Origin: Candidatus Pelearchaeum maunauluense | Lineage (GTDB): Archaea > Thermoproteota > Nitrososphaeria_A > Caldarchaeales > Caldarchaeaceae | Assembly (NCBI GenBank): GCA_030059675.1 | Contig: JANVYQ010000001.1 | Span: forward strand, 307,032 to 371,031 | Direction: 5' to 3' | Length of the DNA: 64,000 bases | Shown: positions 28,183-39,745 of the stretch, piece by piece | How the letters are laid out: every line of letters begins with the position of its first letter | Numbering within the stretch: the first letter of the stretch is position 1 | Position numbers and translations under genes: made by a program | The notes under the pieces: generated by a model | What the model was told of the DNA's origin: nothing | The model's database searches: none | The model's input: only the letters and a program-made list of their open reading frames with translations

Positions 28183-29123
28183 GCGTCTATCTTCCAGAAG
28201 TCCAGCTTCTCACCCTCACGCGGCAGGTCTATGAAATATCCCCGTAGTATTCCCTGCTGGTATTCCGAGCCTGGGTTCAGGCAGAGCGTTCTCCCCAGCT
28301 TCATATGCCCAGGAGACTCGTGTATATGGCCATGCAGGCTGAGAAGGGGCTGGTAGCGTAGTATAAGCTCGCGCACCGCCTTACCGCCTACATGCGTCAT
28401 AACAACCATACCCCACTTCGTAATGGGCTTGAGATTCTCATCCAACTTAGGCGCTCTATCAAGAACTGTATCGTAGGGCGGCTCATGGAAATTACATACC
28501 AGGCGGTCGTAATCATCAGTCCTGCTGAACTCGCGCTCAAGCATGGCGCGCATCTCCTCCTCACTACACTCGCGGTGAGTATTCCAAGGAGAGGGAGTAG
28601 ACCAAGAGCATGAAATCATCCTATACCTATCGTCAAGCTCCACGAGCTTCCCCTCTGGGAAGATAACCCTACCGCTCTCCTCTATCACCCTATCAACCTC
28701 AAACACATCATCATTACCAGGAAGCATGACCACCTTCACACTCTCAGGAATCCTTTCTCTGATTATCTCTATCCACTCCTCAATCTTCTGAAGAGCCAAC
28801 GTCTTGAAGAGCTCGTCCATCTTCTTCTTGTCGTTCATGAACTCATCAACCTCCGATTTTGTCATCTTCTTCACATAGTAGCCGCGCGAGCTGAGCTCCT
28901 TTGCTACAGCCTCAACCTCCTGCCGCGTGGTTAGATGCAGCTCCTGGCCGAGAGCCCTGACATACCAGCCGTTGCCCTGATTAACGATGGGGACTATCGC
29001 CTTCCCAGTAAGGTCTCCACCTATGATTATGACATCAGCCTTATACTTCATAGCCGCGTTTAACGCCTTCTTGAAGACCGCGTCGGCTGCATGGACGTCT
29101 GCCACGAAGAATAGCCTAGTCAA
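28179..29123 (-). CDS. Calcineurin-like metallophosphoesterase
   Basis: Carries FFVADVHA, IIIGGDLTGK, LPGNDD and the LHGHIHE motifs. Confidence 0.8.
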   Translation of the reverse strand: MTRLFFVADVHAADAVFKKALNAAMKYKADVIIIGGDLTGKAIVPIVNQGNGWYVRALGQELHLTTRQEVEAVAKELSSRGYYVKKMTKSEVDEFMNDKKKMDELFKTLALQKIEEWIEIIRERIPESVKVVMLPGNDDVFEVDRVIEESGRVIFPEGKLVELDDRYRMISCSWSTPSPWNTHRECSEEEMRAMLEREFSRTDDYDRLVCNFHEPPYDTVLDRAPKLDENLKPITKWGMVVMTHVGGKAVRELILRYQPLLSLHGHIHESPGHMKLGRTLCLNPGSEYQQGILRGYFIDLPREGEKLDFWKIDA

Positions 29124-29194
29124 TCCCTCATCCCTCTCTACACAACTAGCTGGGGTGGAGGGTTCTAAAATAAATTGGGGAGGTGGTTGCCGCT

Positions 29195-30778
29195 TTACTC
29201 AGGCGGTATCTCGGCGTAGATATCCCTCGGCGATATGCCGCGCTTCATATTCTTCTGCGCGTAGTAGAAGTAGATTATCGCACCCAGAGTGTAGATGACG
29301 CCTATCATGGCGGCGCTGTAGACGGGGTTCGCTGGCAGCGTGGCGAGCAGATACAGGAACAGCCCAGCGGAGAACGCTCCGAGTATCGTCATCAAGGGTA
29401 TGCCCGCAATCTCAATCGTTATTCCGCTCCTATAGATCTCAGGCCTCGTGTAGGGCAGCTCTATCTCAGCCAAGTGCTGGAAGAGCCTAGCCAATCCATA
29501 CACGAAGGTAATGCCGAAGACTATCGCCGAGACGGTCTCCACATACGCTCCAGAGAGGATGGACGTGCTGAGCGTCACGAGGAACCAATACGTGCTCCCG
29601 ACCCATGGGCTGTGGAATCTCGGATGCACGCGGGCGAAGATTTCTGGTCCCATCCTATCCATGGCCATGGCGAAGAGAGGCCGCGAGGTGAAGTTCTCAT
29701 TAACCACAACGTCTGCGAAGTTGCCCCATTGTGGGCCGAAGGCTACGAGGAGGGCGAGGGGCAGTGAGCCTGCCGCAATCACCGTGGCGAAGAGCGACAG
29801 GTCTATGGGCAGGACTGGTGTTAGCGTGAGCTGACCAGCCAGGTCTGGGTTGCTCGTAACGAAAGCATAGGCGTTGCCGAATGTTCCGAAGAGCCTCATG
29901 TAGTTGAAGGCCGTCAGGGTGTTGACCACCATGAGTATGGCCGCGCCGCCCATCATGCTGAGCGGTATGTTTCTCCTGGGCTTCTCAACCTCGCCCACAA
30001 CGGGCATCAGGGTATAAGGCCAGGTGTTGGATACTGGTAGTAGCAACGCGGCCAGCGTAGGCTCCCACGATATTGTCGGAGGTGTGAAGCCGCCTGCCTG
30101 AGCCACGCGGAGAACCTCATCATACGCACCCGCGCCGAAGGTCGCGTCCCACCTCGCGCGCACCACATCAGGCGAGGCGGATGCCAACAAGCCATTAATG
30201 AGCAGTATAGTCAAGAAAGAGCCAGCGCCCCAGAAGAGAACCCACCTAGCCATTATCCGCGGACCAAGGACGTTCACCACCCATCCGACGAAGTTGAAGA
30301 AGATAGCCAGAGCCACGAGGTTCCACGGGTTGGCGGATAATGCCTGGCCCATATTGACTAGCCCTTGGTCTCCAGCCAGTCTTCCCACTGTTGAGAACAT
30401 TGATGCGATGGCTCCTGCTGCTATGAATGCTGTAACTCCTCGTTGGACTGGGTTGGTTATGAATGAGCGTGTTGCTTCCATGATTCCCAGCAGGGGCGAT
30501 ACAGCTCTGGAGACTGGGATGTAGATTGAGCCTGACCTGGGCATAGCTACGTAGCAGAGAGCCATCGCGGTTACTTCTAGGAGGACTATCGCCCCGCCCA
30601 CGAAGTAGATGAAGGGTAGGTTGACGCCTGGGAACCATGTTGGGATGGCCGTGAAGAGGTAGTAGTGCCACGGTATGAAGCTTACGCCAAGTCCCCAGAA
30701 TAGTGCAGGCCACGTGGATATGGCTCTCGTCAGCCCTGAAGCCTGTCTGACGAAAAGTAGAGGCTTCTCGTCTGCCAT
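29195..30778 (-). CDS. APC-superfamily amino acid/polyamine permease
   Basis: 527-aa ORF with ~12 TM helices and an N-terminal RQASGLTRAIS... region typical of APC transporters. Confidence 0.7.
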   Translation of the reverse strand: MADEKPLLFVRQASGLTRAISTWPALFWGLGVSFIPWHYYLFTAIPTWFPGVNLPFIYFVGGAIVLLEVTAMALCYVAMPRSGSIYIPVSRAVSPLLGIMEATRSFITNPVQRGVTAFIAAGAIASMFSTVGRLAGDQGLVNMGQALSANPWNLVALAIFFNFVGWVVNVLGPRIMARWVLFWGAGSFLTILLINGLLASASPDVVRARWDATFGAGAYDEVLRVAQAGGFTPPTISWEPTLAALLLPVSNTWPYTLMPVVGEVEKPRRNIPLSMMGGAAILMVVNTLTAFNYMRLFGTFGNAYAFVTSNPDLAGQLTLTPVLPIDLSLFATVIAAGSLPLALLVAFGPQWGNFADVVVNENFTSRPLFAMAMDRMGPEIFARVHPRFHSPWVGSTYWFLVTLSTSILSGAYVETVSAIVFGITFVYGLARLFQHLAEIELPYTRPEIYRSGITIEIAGIPLMTILGAFSAGLFLYLLATLPANPVYSAAMIGVIYTLGAIIYFYYAQKNMKRGISPRDIYAEIPPE

Positions 30779-30985
30779 ATTTCCTTACCTGCGGCCGCCT
30801 CAAATTTTTTACACGCAGATAAAGCTTTCGGAATTAACTTAAAAGCTTCAGCCAAGATGATTAACATACTAATTATTCTTTATGCCCTACATGTAATCAT
30901 CGTTTAAGAAGTTTTACTCTCCAAGCCGTTATAAACCCTTGAGGTGAAAAACTTACATGACGACTATTAGCACTTCCCTCTTGTC

Positions 30986-32011
30986 ATGCGTGTTGGGCTT
31001 GGTCTCCAGACAGGTCTTCCAGCTAGAGAGCTGATAAGCCACGCCTTGAAGGCCGAGGATAAGGGCTTCAACTCGGTATGGGTGTCTGAAGACCCTTTCT
31101 TCAGGGACGCGCTCCCCATACTGGGCTCGCTAGCCTACAACACAAACAGGATACGCCTAGCCTCCTGCATCGTGAATGTCTATACCAAGAACCCCGTATA
31201 CATGGCGATGTTCGCATTAACGATGAGCGAGCTCTCCGAAAATAGATTCGTCCTAGGCATAGGCCGCGGCCTGCGCTCGGTGATTGAAGGCCAGCTAGGA
31301 ATAGAATACCACAAACCACTTGAGTATATGCGAGAGTATCTGGCCGCTCTTAAGAGCCTTCTAAGGGGCGAGAGCACGTTTAGTGGGCGCTACTTCACGC
31401 TTCGCGATACGCGGTTCTTCTTTAAGCCCCCCGACGGGGCGCATCCTAGGATTCTCCTCGCGGCCATGGGGCCTAAGATGCTTAAGCTGGCTGGGGAGCT
31501 GGCTGATGGGGCTATACTAAACTCATGCACCTCAACAAAATACGCCGAATGGGCTGTAGGTGTTGTCAGGGAATCGGCAAAGAACGCTGGGAAGGGGAAA
31601 GACGACATAGAGGTGGCGTGCTCAATATGGACATGCGTCTCCGATGATGTTGAGAACGCGCTGAAAACGCTTAAACTGCCTGTAGGCTTCCTAACCTCCA
31701 TCCCAGGATTCGGAGAGCTCCTCCTCCAGCATGGAGGGCTAAGTGTTAACATTCTAGAAGAGCTGAGAAGCGCATACAGGTGGAGCGAACCGCATAACGA
31801 CCCCTTCTGGCACCTTGAGAACGCAGACAAGGATAAGGTAATGGAGCTGATAGACGATAAGATGGTTGACGCACTAACAATATGCGGAGACGCAGAATAC
31901 TGCGCTGGGCGTGTGCGCGATTATCTGCGTGCAGGAATAACCACACCAATACTATTCCCGATTGGGTGTGACGCTGACGCGGTTATAGGGCTTATTGAGT
32001 GGCTGAGATGA
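30986..32011 (+). CDS. Luciferase-like (LLM class) oxidoreductase, second copy
   Basis: KGFNSVWVSEDPFFRDA...RFVLGIGRG... parallels the product of 25544-26593. Confidence 0.8.
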   Translation: MRVGLGLQTGLPARELISHALKAEDKGFNSVWVSEDPFFRDALPILGSLAYNTNRIRLASCIVNVYTKNPVYMAMFALTMSELSENRFVLGIGRGLRSVIEGQLGIEYHKPLEYMREYLAALKSLLRGESTFSGRYFTLRDTRFFFKPPDGAHPRILLAAMGPKMLKLAGELADGAILNSCTSTKYAEWAVGVVRESAKNAGKGKDDIEVACSIWTCVSDDVENALKTLKLPVGFLTSIPGFGELLLQHGGLSVNILEELRSAYRWSEPHNDPFWHLENADKDKVMELIDDKMVDALTICGDAEYCAGRVRDYLRAGITTPILFPIGCDADAVIGLIEWLR

Positions 32012-32106
32012 GCCCATCTCTGAAGGGGAAAGTATTTCATCAACTCGTGGAGGGTTATCTAAGTAAAATTCGCGAGATGAAGTAGCTAGGATAGAGGACT
32101 GGGGCT

Positions 32107-32511
32107 ATGGAGGCGGGAGAAAAGCCTGTGGAAGCCTTCGTTCCTTCGCTGCTTGCGGGATTGATGATAATAATAGGCGCTATACTCAGGATTCTCCTCT
32201 GGCTGACGGGCTACCCTATATGGAGCATACTACTACCGCCGAACCTAGGGGGCTTGATATGGGGCTTCGCGATAAAGATAATGGGCTTCTGGCTCTTCAT
32301 GATGCTAATCACCAGCCTCCTCTTCGGACTCGTGATAATGTCATCCGCGCTAATCCTATACAACAAGCCAGAACAAGCCCGAACATGGGGCAACGTAGTA
32401 CTCCTAGCATCAATAATCAGCATACTCATACCAGGAGGCTTCTTCGCAGGCTCAGTCCTAGGAATAATGGGCGGCCTCCTGGCAATAACTTGGAGAAGGC
32501 TAAAGACATGA
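32107..32511 (+). CDS. Small polytopic membrane protein
   Basis: 134-aa ORF with four hydrophobic helices. No family recognised. Confidence 0.55.
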   Translation: MEAGEKPVEAFVPSLLAGLMIIIGAILRILLWLTGYPIWSILLPPNLGGLIWGFAIKIMGFWLFMMLITSLLFGLVIMSSALILYNKPEQARTWGNVVLLASIISILIPGGFFAGSVLGIMGGLLAITWRRLKT

Positions 32512-33125
32512 TGTTATACAGAACCGCATAATAACAACACGCACCGTACCAAGCACATGGACTTAAACGACGGTGAGGAGCGTTTCTCCAAGCTTGTCGG
32601 GAAGAGGGCTAGGATAATAAGCAGTAAGGGACGCATATACGTAGGGCGCGTTGTGGAATATAGCAAGGTAGATGATGGGCTGTGGGTTGAGGATGTGGAA
32701 TAACAGCAGACGGGCGAGAAGAATCAAAGACTATTCATCTCGCGTGGTGAGGTATCCCATGTGGAGTTGGTAGAGGGCGAGAGTAGGTGGAGGGAGCCGC
32801 GTGTTATACTGTTGTTTCTCGCGCTGGTCGTTGCGGCGCTCTACACTCTACTAGCGATAAACACGACCACGCCCATCGTATATCTAATCCCACCATGCAT
32901 AGCATTCGGATTTGGAGCAGTCCAATCCATACTAAGCAGGAGTAGGGCATGGCTCGTTGGCTCGCTCTCAATAATACTCTGGACGCTCTTTATCCAGCTG
33001 ACGGGAAGCCCAAACCCCCAAAACGGGATAGCCATAATTGTTATGTTGCTGGCTGTTGCCACGATGGCTGTGTGGGCCTCTACTGCCAGGTTGCCGATAA
33101 AAGCCCAGACCATACATAAGATAAG

Positions 33126-34076
<951 letters not shown>

Positions 34077-34118
34077 GTCCGTCCAATCCTACAGACAGAC
34101 TATAAGGTTTAGGTGGAT

Positions 34119-34993
34119 TCACGGCACGCGGGGAAGCCGTTGCTCTAGTTGCTTCTCCTCATCGCTGGTTAGTGGGCGTGTTGGGGGAAGAGGCCCTCCT
34201 ATGTCTATCCCCCTAAGCTTCAGGACGTGTTTGTATGATGCAACATCTGGGCCTATGGACTTGAGCACGTTCCTTATCTTGTTGAGCTGGCTCTGGAGGC
34301 GTAGAGCCTCCTCCATCCTACCGTCAACCACGTTTCTGTATATCTGCGCGACCAGCTCTGGGTAGATGCACGCCAGGCCGCTTATATGAGCTGGAAGCCC
34401 TATAACAAACGTGTTATACACGAGCGTGTCGCTGCCGCTTGCTATGAAGTGCGTGTTGCTAAACCGTAGGCGTAGCTCAACCAGCTGCTCTGGGTCGCCG
34501 CTGGTATCCTTAACACCCTTAACCCCCTTAACCGCCTCAAATACCGCGGCGATGGTATCAACGGGCATCTGATACCCCTGCCGCGGCGGGTTGTTATACA
34601 CCAGGAGGGGGACATCGGTAGCCTCGGCTATCTTCTGGTAGAATGAGACGAGTGAGGTCTTGTCGTAGCGGTAGTAGAAGAGGACTATGGCCGAGATGGC
34701 GTCTGCACCTATCTTGCTGGCATGCGCTGCGAGTTGTCCAACGGTATCTATACCAGAGGCTCCCACGTGGATTATCACCAGCCCGTCTGAGCCACCGCTC
34801 TCAACCACGCGCTCCGCAAATGTTTTCCGCGCGTCTATACCGAGCTTAGCCCCTCGCCGTAAGTCCCCCAAACAAAATAGCCTCCCACACCATTCCTACG
34901 TGGGAAATCCAAAAGCTCGGAAACCCTATCCCAATACTCCATACTCGGTGTGAGGAGAGCGGCAATAATCCCCCTAAACGCGCTAAGCTCCAT
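34119..34993 (-). pseudogene. DapA/KDG-aldolase family aldolase, one frameshift near 34860
   Basis: ATG at 34993 opens MELSAFRGIIAALLTPSMEYW...GGYFVWGTYGEG and stops after LSSV. ORF 34119-34871 continues the family in another frame (...VYNNPPRQGYQM..., GVKDTSG). Confidence 0.65.
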
Positions 34994-35038
34994 GACAAAC
35001 ACCATACTTGGGATAAATAAAGAAAGCGCTAAAGCTGC

Positions 35039-35419
35039 TCAACACTCGCCCACATAGATGGTGTCATACTTCTCGCGGCGTGGGATTACGCAGATAAACT
35101 CCACATCCTCACTGCTGTTGTTAAAATACCAGTGCGGAGTCCCCGCGGGTATGTAGACCGCGTCCCCCTCCTTAACCTCATGCTCCTCGTCCCCTATTCC
35201 TATAACCATACGGCCCCTCAGTATGTATTGCTCATGCTCAATATCTGGGTGCATGTGCTTAGGTATCCTACCCCCAGGCTTGAGCGTGAATTTACGCATC
35301 TCAAAGTTAGGCGCTCCATCGCGAGCGCTGATGAGCCACCTCAGCTCAGTATTAACCGCCCTATCAGGCTGCTCAGCCCGAACCTCACCACTCCTACGAA
35401 TCATAAACACAACAACCAT
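35039..35419 (-). CDS. Cupin-domain protein
   Basis: GGRIPKHMHPDIEHEQYILRGR...GDAVYIPAGTPHWYFN carries cupin motifs 1 and 2. A shorter start (M36 of the ORF) is chosen to avoid overlap with 35454-36572. Confidence 0.7.
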   Translation of the reverse strand: MVVVFMIRRSGEVRAEQPDRAVNTELRWLISARDGAPNFEMRKFTLKPGGRIPKHMHPDIEHEQYILRGRMVIGIGDEEHEVKEGDAVYIPAGTPHWYFNNSSEDVEFICVIPRREKYDTIYVGEC

Positions 35420-35453
35420 AGAACGCGCTCTTAAAGCTTCACAACCATCACAC

Positions 35454-36572
35454 CTAGGCCTGTTTATGATGCCTAGCCAATAAAGCGTACCGCAGAACGG
35501 GGTCTGCAATCTCATAACCATCATCCACGCGTCTAATGAACCCAGAGTTGGCTAGTGAGTTGATTATATTGTGTAGTGTGTTGTCGGATACTGTTCTTCC
35601 CTCCATAGCTTGGAGATAACGTTTTATCTTCATCCAGTTTACCGTTGTTTGCGCCATGAGTTCTGCGGCCATCCTATATCTTCTAGCAGCTATCCCACGT
35701 ATGCTTAAGAAGTTCTCAAATTCATGAAGGGCAAGCGCTGCTCCCCTTTCAAGGGTTGCGTCAACCGCTTTGTGCGTGCAACCATACTGCTTTGCCGTCA
35801 GCCCAAATTCGGTGAGCCAACCCAACACGCCATCAAGCCTCTCAACGGCGTATTGCAGCACGTCAACAGGAGGCTTTATGCCAAGCTGCGCAAACCCAAT
35901 ACGGAGAAACTCCATAGAACGCTCATAATCTAGGTTTTCAAGCCTGACCTCGGTGTAATGTCTGCCATACAGAGGAGCCCGCGGCTCCTCCAGCCTTAGG
36001 AAACGATGGAGCAAACCAACCTCCGAGCCTGTGAGGATTATCGTGATGTTCCTTAACCTGTCGTAACAGTATGCTAGGATGGGGAGTAGATTAATGCCTC
36101 TAAGCTTACTTAGAATCTGAGCCTCGTCAAACGCCACTACTATCCTCTCTCCAGAGCTGTTGGCCCATTCGTCCAGCTTCTCCAGAAGAGAAGTTATGCT
36201 GAGTCTCTTCTTCTTAGACCATTCAAACTCTATTCTAGCACCCATCACCTCAACCCCCCTCACCTTCTTTAGATAATCGCGCAATCCCCTAGTCCTGTCT
36301 ATAATCGCCGAGATGGCATCGCTGAGGGCTTCTAAGAACTCAACCCTACTAATTGCTGGGCGCTCCTCAAACCTCCGCATATCAAGCAGGATTGACCTAA
36401 CGTTGAGCGTGTTAAGCCCTGTGTAGAGGAGGGAAGTCTTACCAGCCCGCCGAAGACCTACCAGGAGAATAAGAGGACTACCCCTCGTGATTGATTCTCT
36501 AAAAAGCTGTAACTCTTTTTCACGGTTAAAGAAGTCCTCCAGCCTGGTTTTTGGCCGTTCGTCAAAATACAT
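35454..36572 (-). CDS. Archaeal ATPase (PF01637-type AAA+), second copy
   Basis: FFNREKELQLF...LVGLRRAGKTSLL (Walker A) and VVAFDEAQ (Walker B) are followed by a C-terminal wHTH-like region. Confidence 0.8.
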   Translation of the reverse strand: MYFDERPKTRLEDFFNREKELQLFRESITRGSPLILLVGLRRAGKTSLLYTGLNTLNVRSILLDMRRFEERPAISRVEFLEALSDAISAIIDRTRGLRDYLKKVRGVEVMGARIEFEWSKKKRLSITSLLEKLDEWANSSGERIVVAFDEAQILSKLRGINLLPILAYCYDRLRNITIILTGSEVGLLHRFLRLEEPRAPLYGRHYTEVRLENLDYERSMEFLRIGFAQLGIKPPVDVLQYAVERLDGVLGWLTEFGLTAKQYGCTHKAVDATLERGAALALHEFENFLSIRGIAARRYRMAAELMAQTTVNWMKIKRYLQAMEGRTVSDNTLHNIINSLANSGFIRRVDDGYEIADPVLRYALLARHHKQA

Positions 36573-36573
36573 A

Positions 36574-36604
36574 CTACTTCAACCCCTTGAAGTAGCTTCA
36601 ACCC
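36574..36604. promoter_or_regulatory. Perfect 9-bp inverted repeat CTACTTCAA-CCCC-TTGAAGTAG plus extra half-site CTTCAACCC, abutting the ATPase start codon
   Basis: Inverted repeat at 36574-36595 with a direct copy of CTTCAACCC at 36596-36604. The minus-strand ATG is at 36572-36570, so the element occupies the -2 to -34 region of that gene. Confidence 0.4.
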
Positions 36605-36738
36605 ATCAAGCTAATAAACAATACCAGACACAGAACAGCAAAGAGAGGCAAAGGTTAAGCCCACCTGCCTAGCAGGCGCTCAACGCCTCTCCTCGCCTAA
36701 AATTCTTCATATACAGGGATTTTGTTGGTCTGGGGGTT

Positions 36739-37755
36739 ATGTACCGCGTGAGTGTTATTGAGGGCGATGGTATAGGGCCTCACATAGTAAGCCTTACGCG
36801 CGGGCTCTTGGAGTATCTGGCGGACAGGTATGGGTTTGGCGTCTCTTTTGTGGAGGCGCCTGCTGGCGATAGGGTGAAGGAGGAGACGGGCGATGCTCTC
36901 CCAAGGGATTCGCTGGAGAAGATACTCTCCTCAGACGCCTGCCTCAAGGGGCCTGTGGGCGAGACAGCCCGCGATGTGATAGTCTTCCTCAGACAGCGGC
37001 TAGACCTATTCGCCAACATAAGGCCATTCAAAACCTACCAGGGGGTTAAGAGTGTATGGAGCGGCGTTGACCTGGTGATAGTCCGCGAGAATACCGAAGA
37101 CCTCTACAGGGGCGTGGAGGACGTTGGCCAGGACCACGCTGTTGCGATGCTGGTAGTAACGCGCCGCGCTACGGAGAGGATTGCGCGCGTAGCATTTGAG
37201 ATGGCAATGCAGCGCAGGAAGAAGGTTACCATAATACACAAGGCCAACGTTGTACGCTCATATGTTTTCTTCAGGGATGTGTGTCTGGAAGTTGCGCGGC
37301 GCTATCCAGAGGTTAGTGTTGATGAGATGTATGTGGATAACGCGGCGTACCAGCTGATTCTTAATCCCCAAGGCTTTGATGTGATGCTCACGCCAAACAT
37401 GTTTGGGGATATTCTGAGCGATGAGGCTGCGGGTGTTGTTGGGACACTCGGCATAGCGGGCTCGGCAAACATAGGCGAGAGGTATGGGTTGTTTGAGCCT
37501 GTTCACGGCACGGCGCCCACGCTGGAGCCTGAGAACGCCAACCCAACAGCCCAGATTCTCGCCGCTAAGATGATGCTAGACTGGCTGGGCCAGAAGAAAA
37601 ATGATAAAAACATTCTAAAAGCCGCGGCAGACCTAGACAAAGCCGTAACGACGCTCTTGGATACGGGTAAAACCCTAACACCAGACTTGGGAGGTAGGGC
37701 AAAAGCGTCGCAGTTCGTAGAGGCCATTAAGAGGGAAATAGAAGAGCGACGCTGA
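36739..37755 (+). CDS. Isopropylmalate/homoisocitrate/isocitrate dehydrogenase family enzyme
   Basis: VIEGDGIGPHIV, VRENTEDLY and PNMFGDILSDEAAGVVGTLGIAGSANIG are present, and the 338-aa length fits the family. Confidence 0.85.
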   Translation: MYRVSVIEGDGIGPHIVSLTRGLLEYLADRYGFGVSFVEAPAGDRVKEETGDALPRDSLEKILSSDACLKGPVGETARDVIVFLRQRLDLFANIRPFKTYQGVKSVWSGVDLVIVRENTEDLYRGVEDVGQDHAVAMLVVTRRATERIARVAFEMAMQRRKKVTIIHKANVVRSYVFFRDVCLEVARRYPEVSVDEMYVDNAAYQLILNPQGFDVMLTPNMFGDILSDEAAGVVGTLGIAGSANIGERYGLFEPVHGTAPTLEPENANPTAQILAAKMMLDWLGQKKNDKNILKAAADLDKAVTTLLDTGKTLTPDLGGRAKASQFVEAIKREIEERR

Positions 37756-37768
37756 AAACAGGCTGTCG

Positions 37769-38761
37769 GTGGCTGTTGTGAAGCGTGTCGTCGTTAATGT
37801 TCCGTCTAGCTCGGCTAATCTGGGGCCTGGTTTTGATGTTTTCTCGGTCGCGCTTGAACAGCCTTCGCTGACTGTTGAGGCAGTGTTGCGTGATGATGGC
37901 GTTTTTGAGGTTGTTAACGACGGCCCCTATGGTGGTGAGGTTAGCACTCTTCCTGACGAGCATGCTGGCGCTAGGGCTGCACGGCAGCTGCTGCGGGAGC
38001 TTGGGCTTGGGTATGGGCTTTCGCTGAAGGTTGATGTGCGCATCCCGCCGCGTAAGGGGCTTGGGCTGAGCGGCGCCGAGGCTGCTGGGGCAGTGTTCGC
38101 CCTGAACGAGCTACTTGGCCTGGGTATGGATAGGGAGCGGATGGTAATGTATGCTGCGCGGGCTGAGCCTGGAGAGCACGTGGATAACGTCGCAGCCTCC
38201 CTCATAGGTGGTTTCAGCATAGCCATGCGCGACTCGCTGGCTGGTGGTGTGGTGGTTAAGCGTGTAGAGCCGCCTAGAGACCTTGGGCTTGTGGCCATAA
38301 TCCCAGACATCCCGAAGGCTTCTACCGCGCGTGCGCGCGAGGCTCTTCCTGATTCTTTATCTAGGGATGCGCATGTTGAGAGCGCCGCGCGTTGCGCGGT
38401 AGCGGCGGCAGCCCTAGCGCTGGGTGATTTAGACCTACTACTCCGCGCTGTCTCCTACGACCCCTACGCTGAGAAGGCGAGAGCCGACGCGGGCGTATAT
38501 GGAGATATGCTCACGGCATCAACATTGCTGGAGGAGAAGAAGCATCTCCTAAAGGAGTTCCACGTCGCGGAGACGATAAGCGGAGCAGGTCCCTCGCGGC
38601 TGCTGTGGTTTAAGCTATCCGAGAACAGGCAGCGGCGGGGTGAGCGGCCCATAGACAAGGCAATAGACACGGTGGTCTCAGGAATAGAGGAGGCTGGCTA
38701 CAAGGTCTTGGAGGTGCTGGAGACGAGACCAAGTAGCGTAGGCTGTGCTAGGGTAAAGTAA
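37769..38761 (+). CDS. thrB: Homoserine kinase (GHMP kinase)
   Basis: VPSSSANLGPGFDVFSVAL and the GHMP motif PPRKGLGLSGAEAAGAV are present. Confidence 0.8.
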   Translation: MAVVKRVVVNVPSSSANLGPGFDVFSVALEQPSLTVEAVLRDDGVFEVVNDGPYGGEVSTLPDEHAGARAARQLLRELGLGYGLSLKVDVRIPPRKGLGLSGAEAAGAVFALNELLGLGMDRERMVMYAARAEPGEHVDNVAASLIGGFSIAMRDSLAGGVVVKRVEPPRDLGLVAIIPDIPKASTARAREALPDSLSRDAHVESAARCAVAAAALALGDLDLLLRAVSYDPYAEKARADAGVYGDMLTASTLLEEKKHLLKEFHVAETISGAGPSRLLWFKLSENRQRRGERPIDKAIDTVVSGIEEAGYKVLEVLETRPSSVGCARVK

Positions 38762-38861
38762 TACGTATTACTTGAGGCTTATTGGTTTATGGGACACGCT
38801 TAGCTCCGTGCTTGTTGATGGTTGTGTTCTTAAATTTAGGCGGCGGCTATGAGACTAAGTA

Positions 38862-39743
38862 ATGGACGACATACGTGGCTTTTGCAGGGACGAATACGTT
38901 GATTACACGGTCTACCGAGAGCTGGCTCGGCGCGAGAAGAACGAGGGTAGGCGGAAGATACTTGAGAGCCTAGCCGCCACCGAGTATGAGCATTACAGGT
39001 TTTGGAGCAAGACGCTAGGCGGCTACGAGCCGCGGGTTAGCGGCCTCTTTATAAAACTCTTCCATGTCATGCGTGTCTTATTCGGCCTCACATTCACGCT
39101 CAAGCTACTTGAGCGGCATGAGGAGGAGGTTATACGCGGATACAAGCGGTACGCAGCAACGCTTAGTGGAGATGAGAAGGCTCTAGTTGAGGAGATAATC
39201 CAACAAGAGGAGGAGCATGAACGCTACTTCATGTCGCAGATAGACGAGGGCGTGGTTAGGTATATGAGCTTCATAGTCCTCGGCCTGGCTGATGCGATAG
39301 TGGAGATAACAGGCGTCCACGCTGGTTTCCTAGGCGTTACGAGCTCAACCCTCATAGCCGGCATCGCTGGGCTTGTCGTAGGGTTCGCGGCAGCAATCTC
39401 TATGGCGTCAGCAGCGTACTTGCAGGCCAAGCAGGATATAGCCCGTAGTCCAGTAATCTCAGCCCTAACCACTGGAGTCTCGTACATAGGCGCGGTAGCG
39501 GTCTTGGCTCTCCCCTACTTCCTAACCGAGGACATGATAACTGCATTCACGGTCTCCGTCATGCTCGCTGTATTGCTAACGGCTGCATTCACGTTTTATG
39601 GCGCCGTGATAAATGAGCGGAGCTTCAAGCGCGAATTTGCGGAGAGCGTGGCGCTCATACTTGGGACAGCATTCGCCACCTACCTCTTCGGAGACTTCCT
39701 AGGAAGGCTCTTCGGAGTACAGCAAGCTGTAAGCCTATTCTAA
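38862..39743 (+). CDS. VIT1/CCC1-family iron/manganese transporter with N-terminal ferritin-like domain
   Basis: An N-terminal ExxH-type ferritin-like region (TEYEHYRFW...EEEHERYF) is followed by a five-TM VIT-type domain. Confidence 0.7.
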   Translation: MDDIRGFCRDEYVDYTVYRELARREKNEGRRKILESLAATEYEHYRFWSKTLGGYEPRVSGLFIKLFHVMRVLFGLTFTLKLLERHEEEVIRGYKRYAATLSGDEKALVEEIIQQEEEHERYFMSQIDEGVVRYMSFIVLGLADAIVEITGVHAGFLGVTSSTLIAGIAGLVVGFAAAISMASAAYLQAKQDIARSPVISALTTGVSYIGAVAVLALPYFLTEDMITAFTVSVMLAVLLTAAFTFYGAVINERSFKREFAESVALILGTAFATYLFGDFLGRLFGVQQAVSLF

Positions 39744-39745
39744 CG

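Noticed and set aside
26649-29123. Calling the NTase + 2TM (+ convergent metallophosphoesterase) a CBASS-type defence system
   Set aside because: The NTase lacks recognisable CD-NTase features, and the phosphoesterase is on the opposite strand. Nothing phage-related is nearby. I kept it only as a low-confidence candidate in the findings.
32557-32703. 48-codon ORF MDLNDGEERFSKLVGKRARIISSKGRIYVGRVVEYSKVDDGLWVEDVE as an Sm-like small protein gene
   Set aside because: It is too short and the resemblance too vague to support from sequence alone. There is no clear promoter or partner gene.
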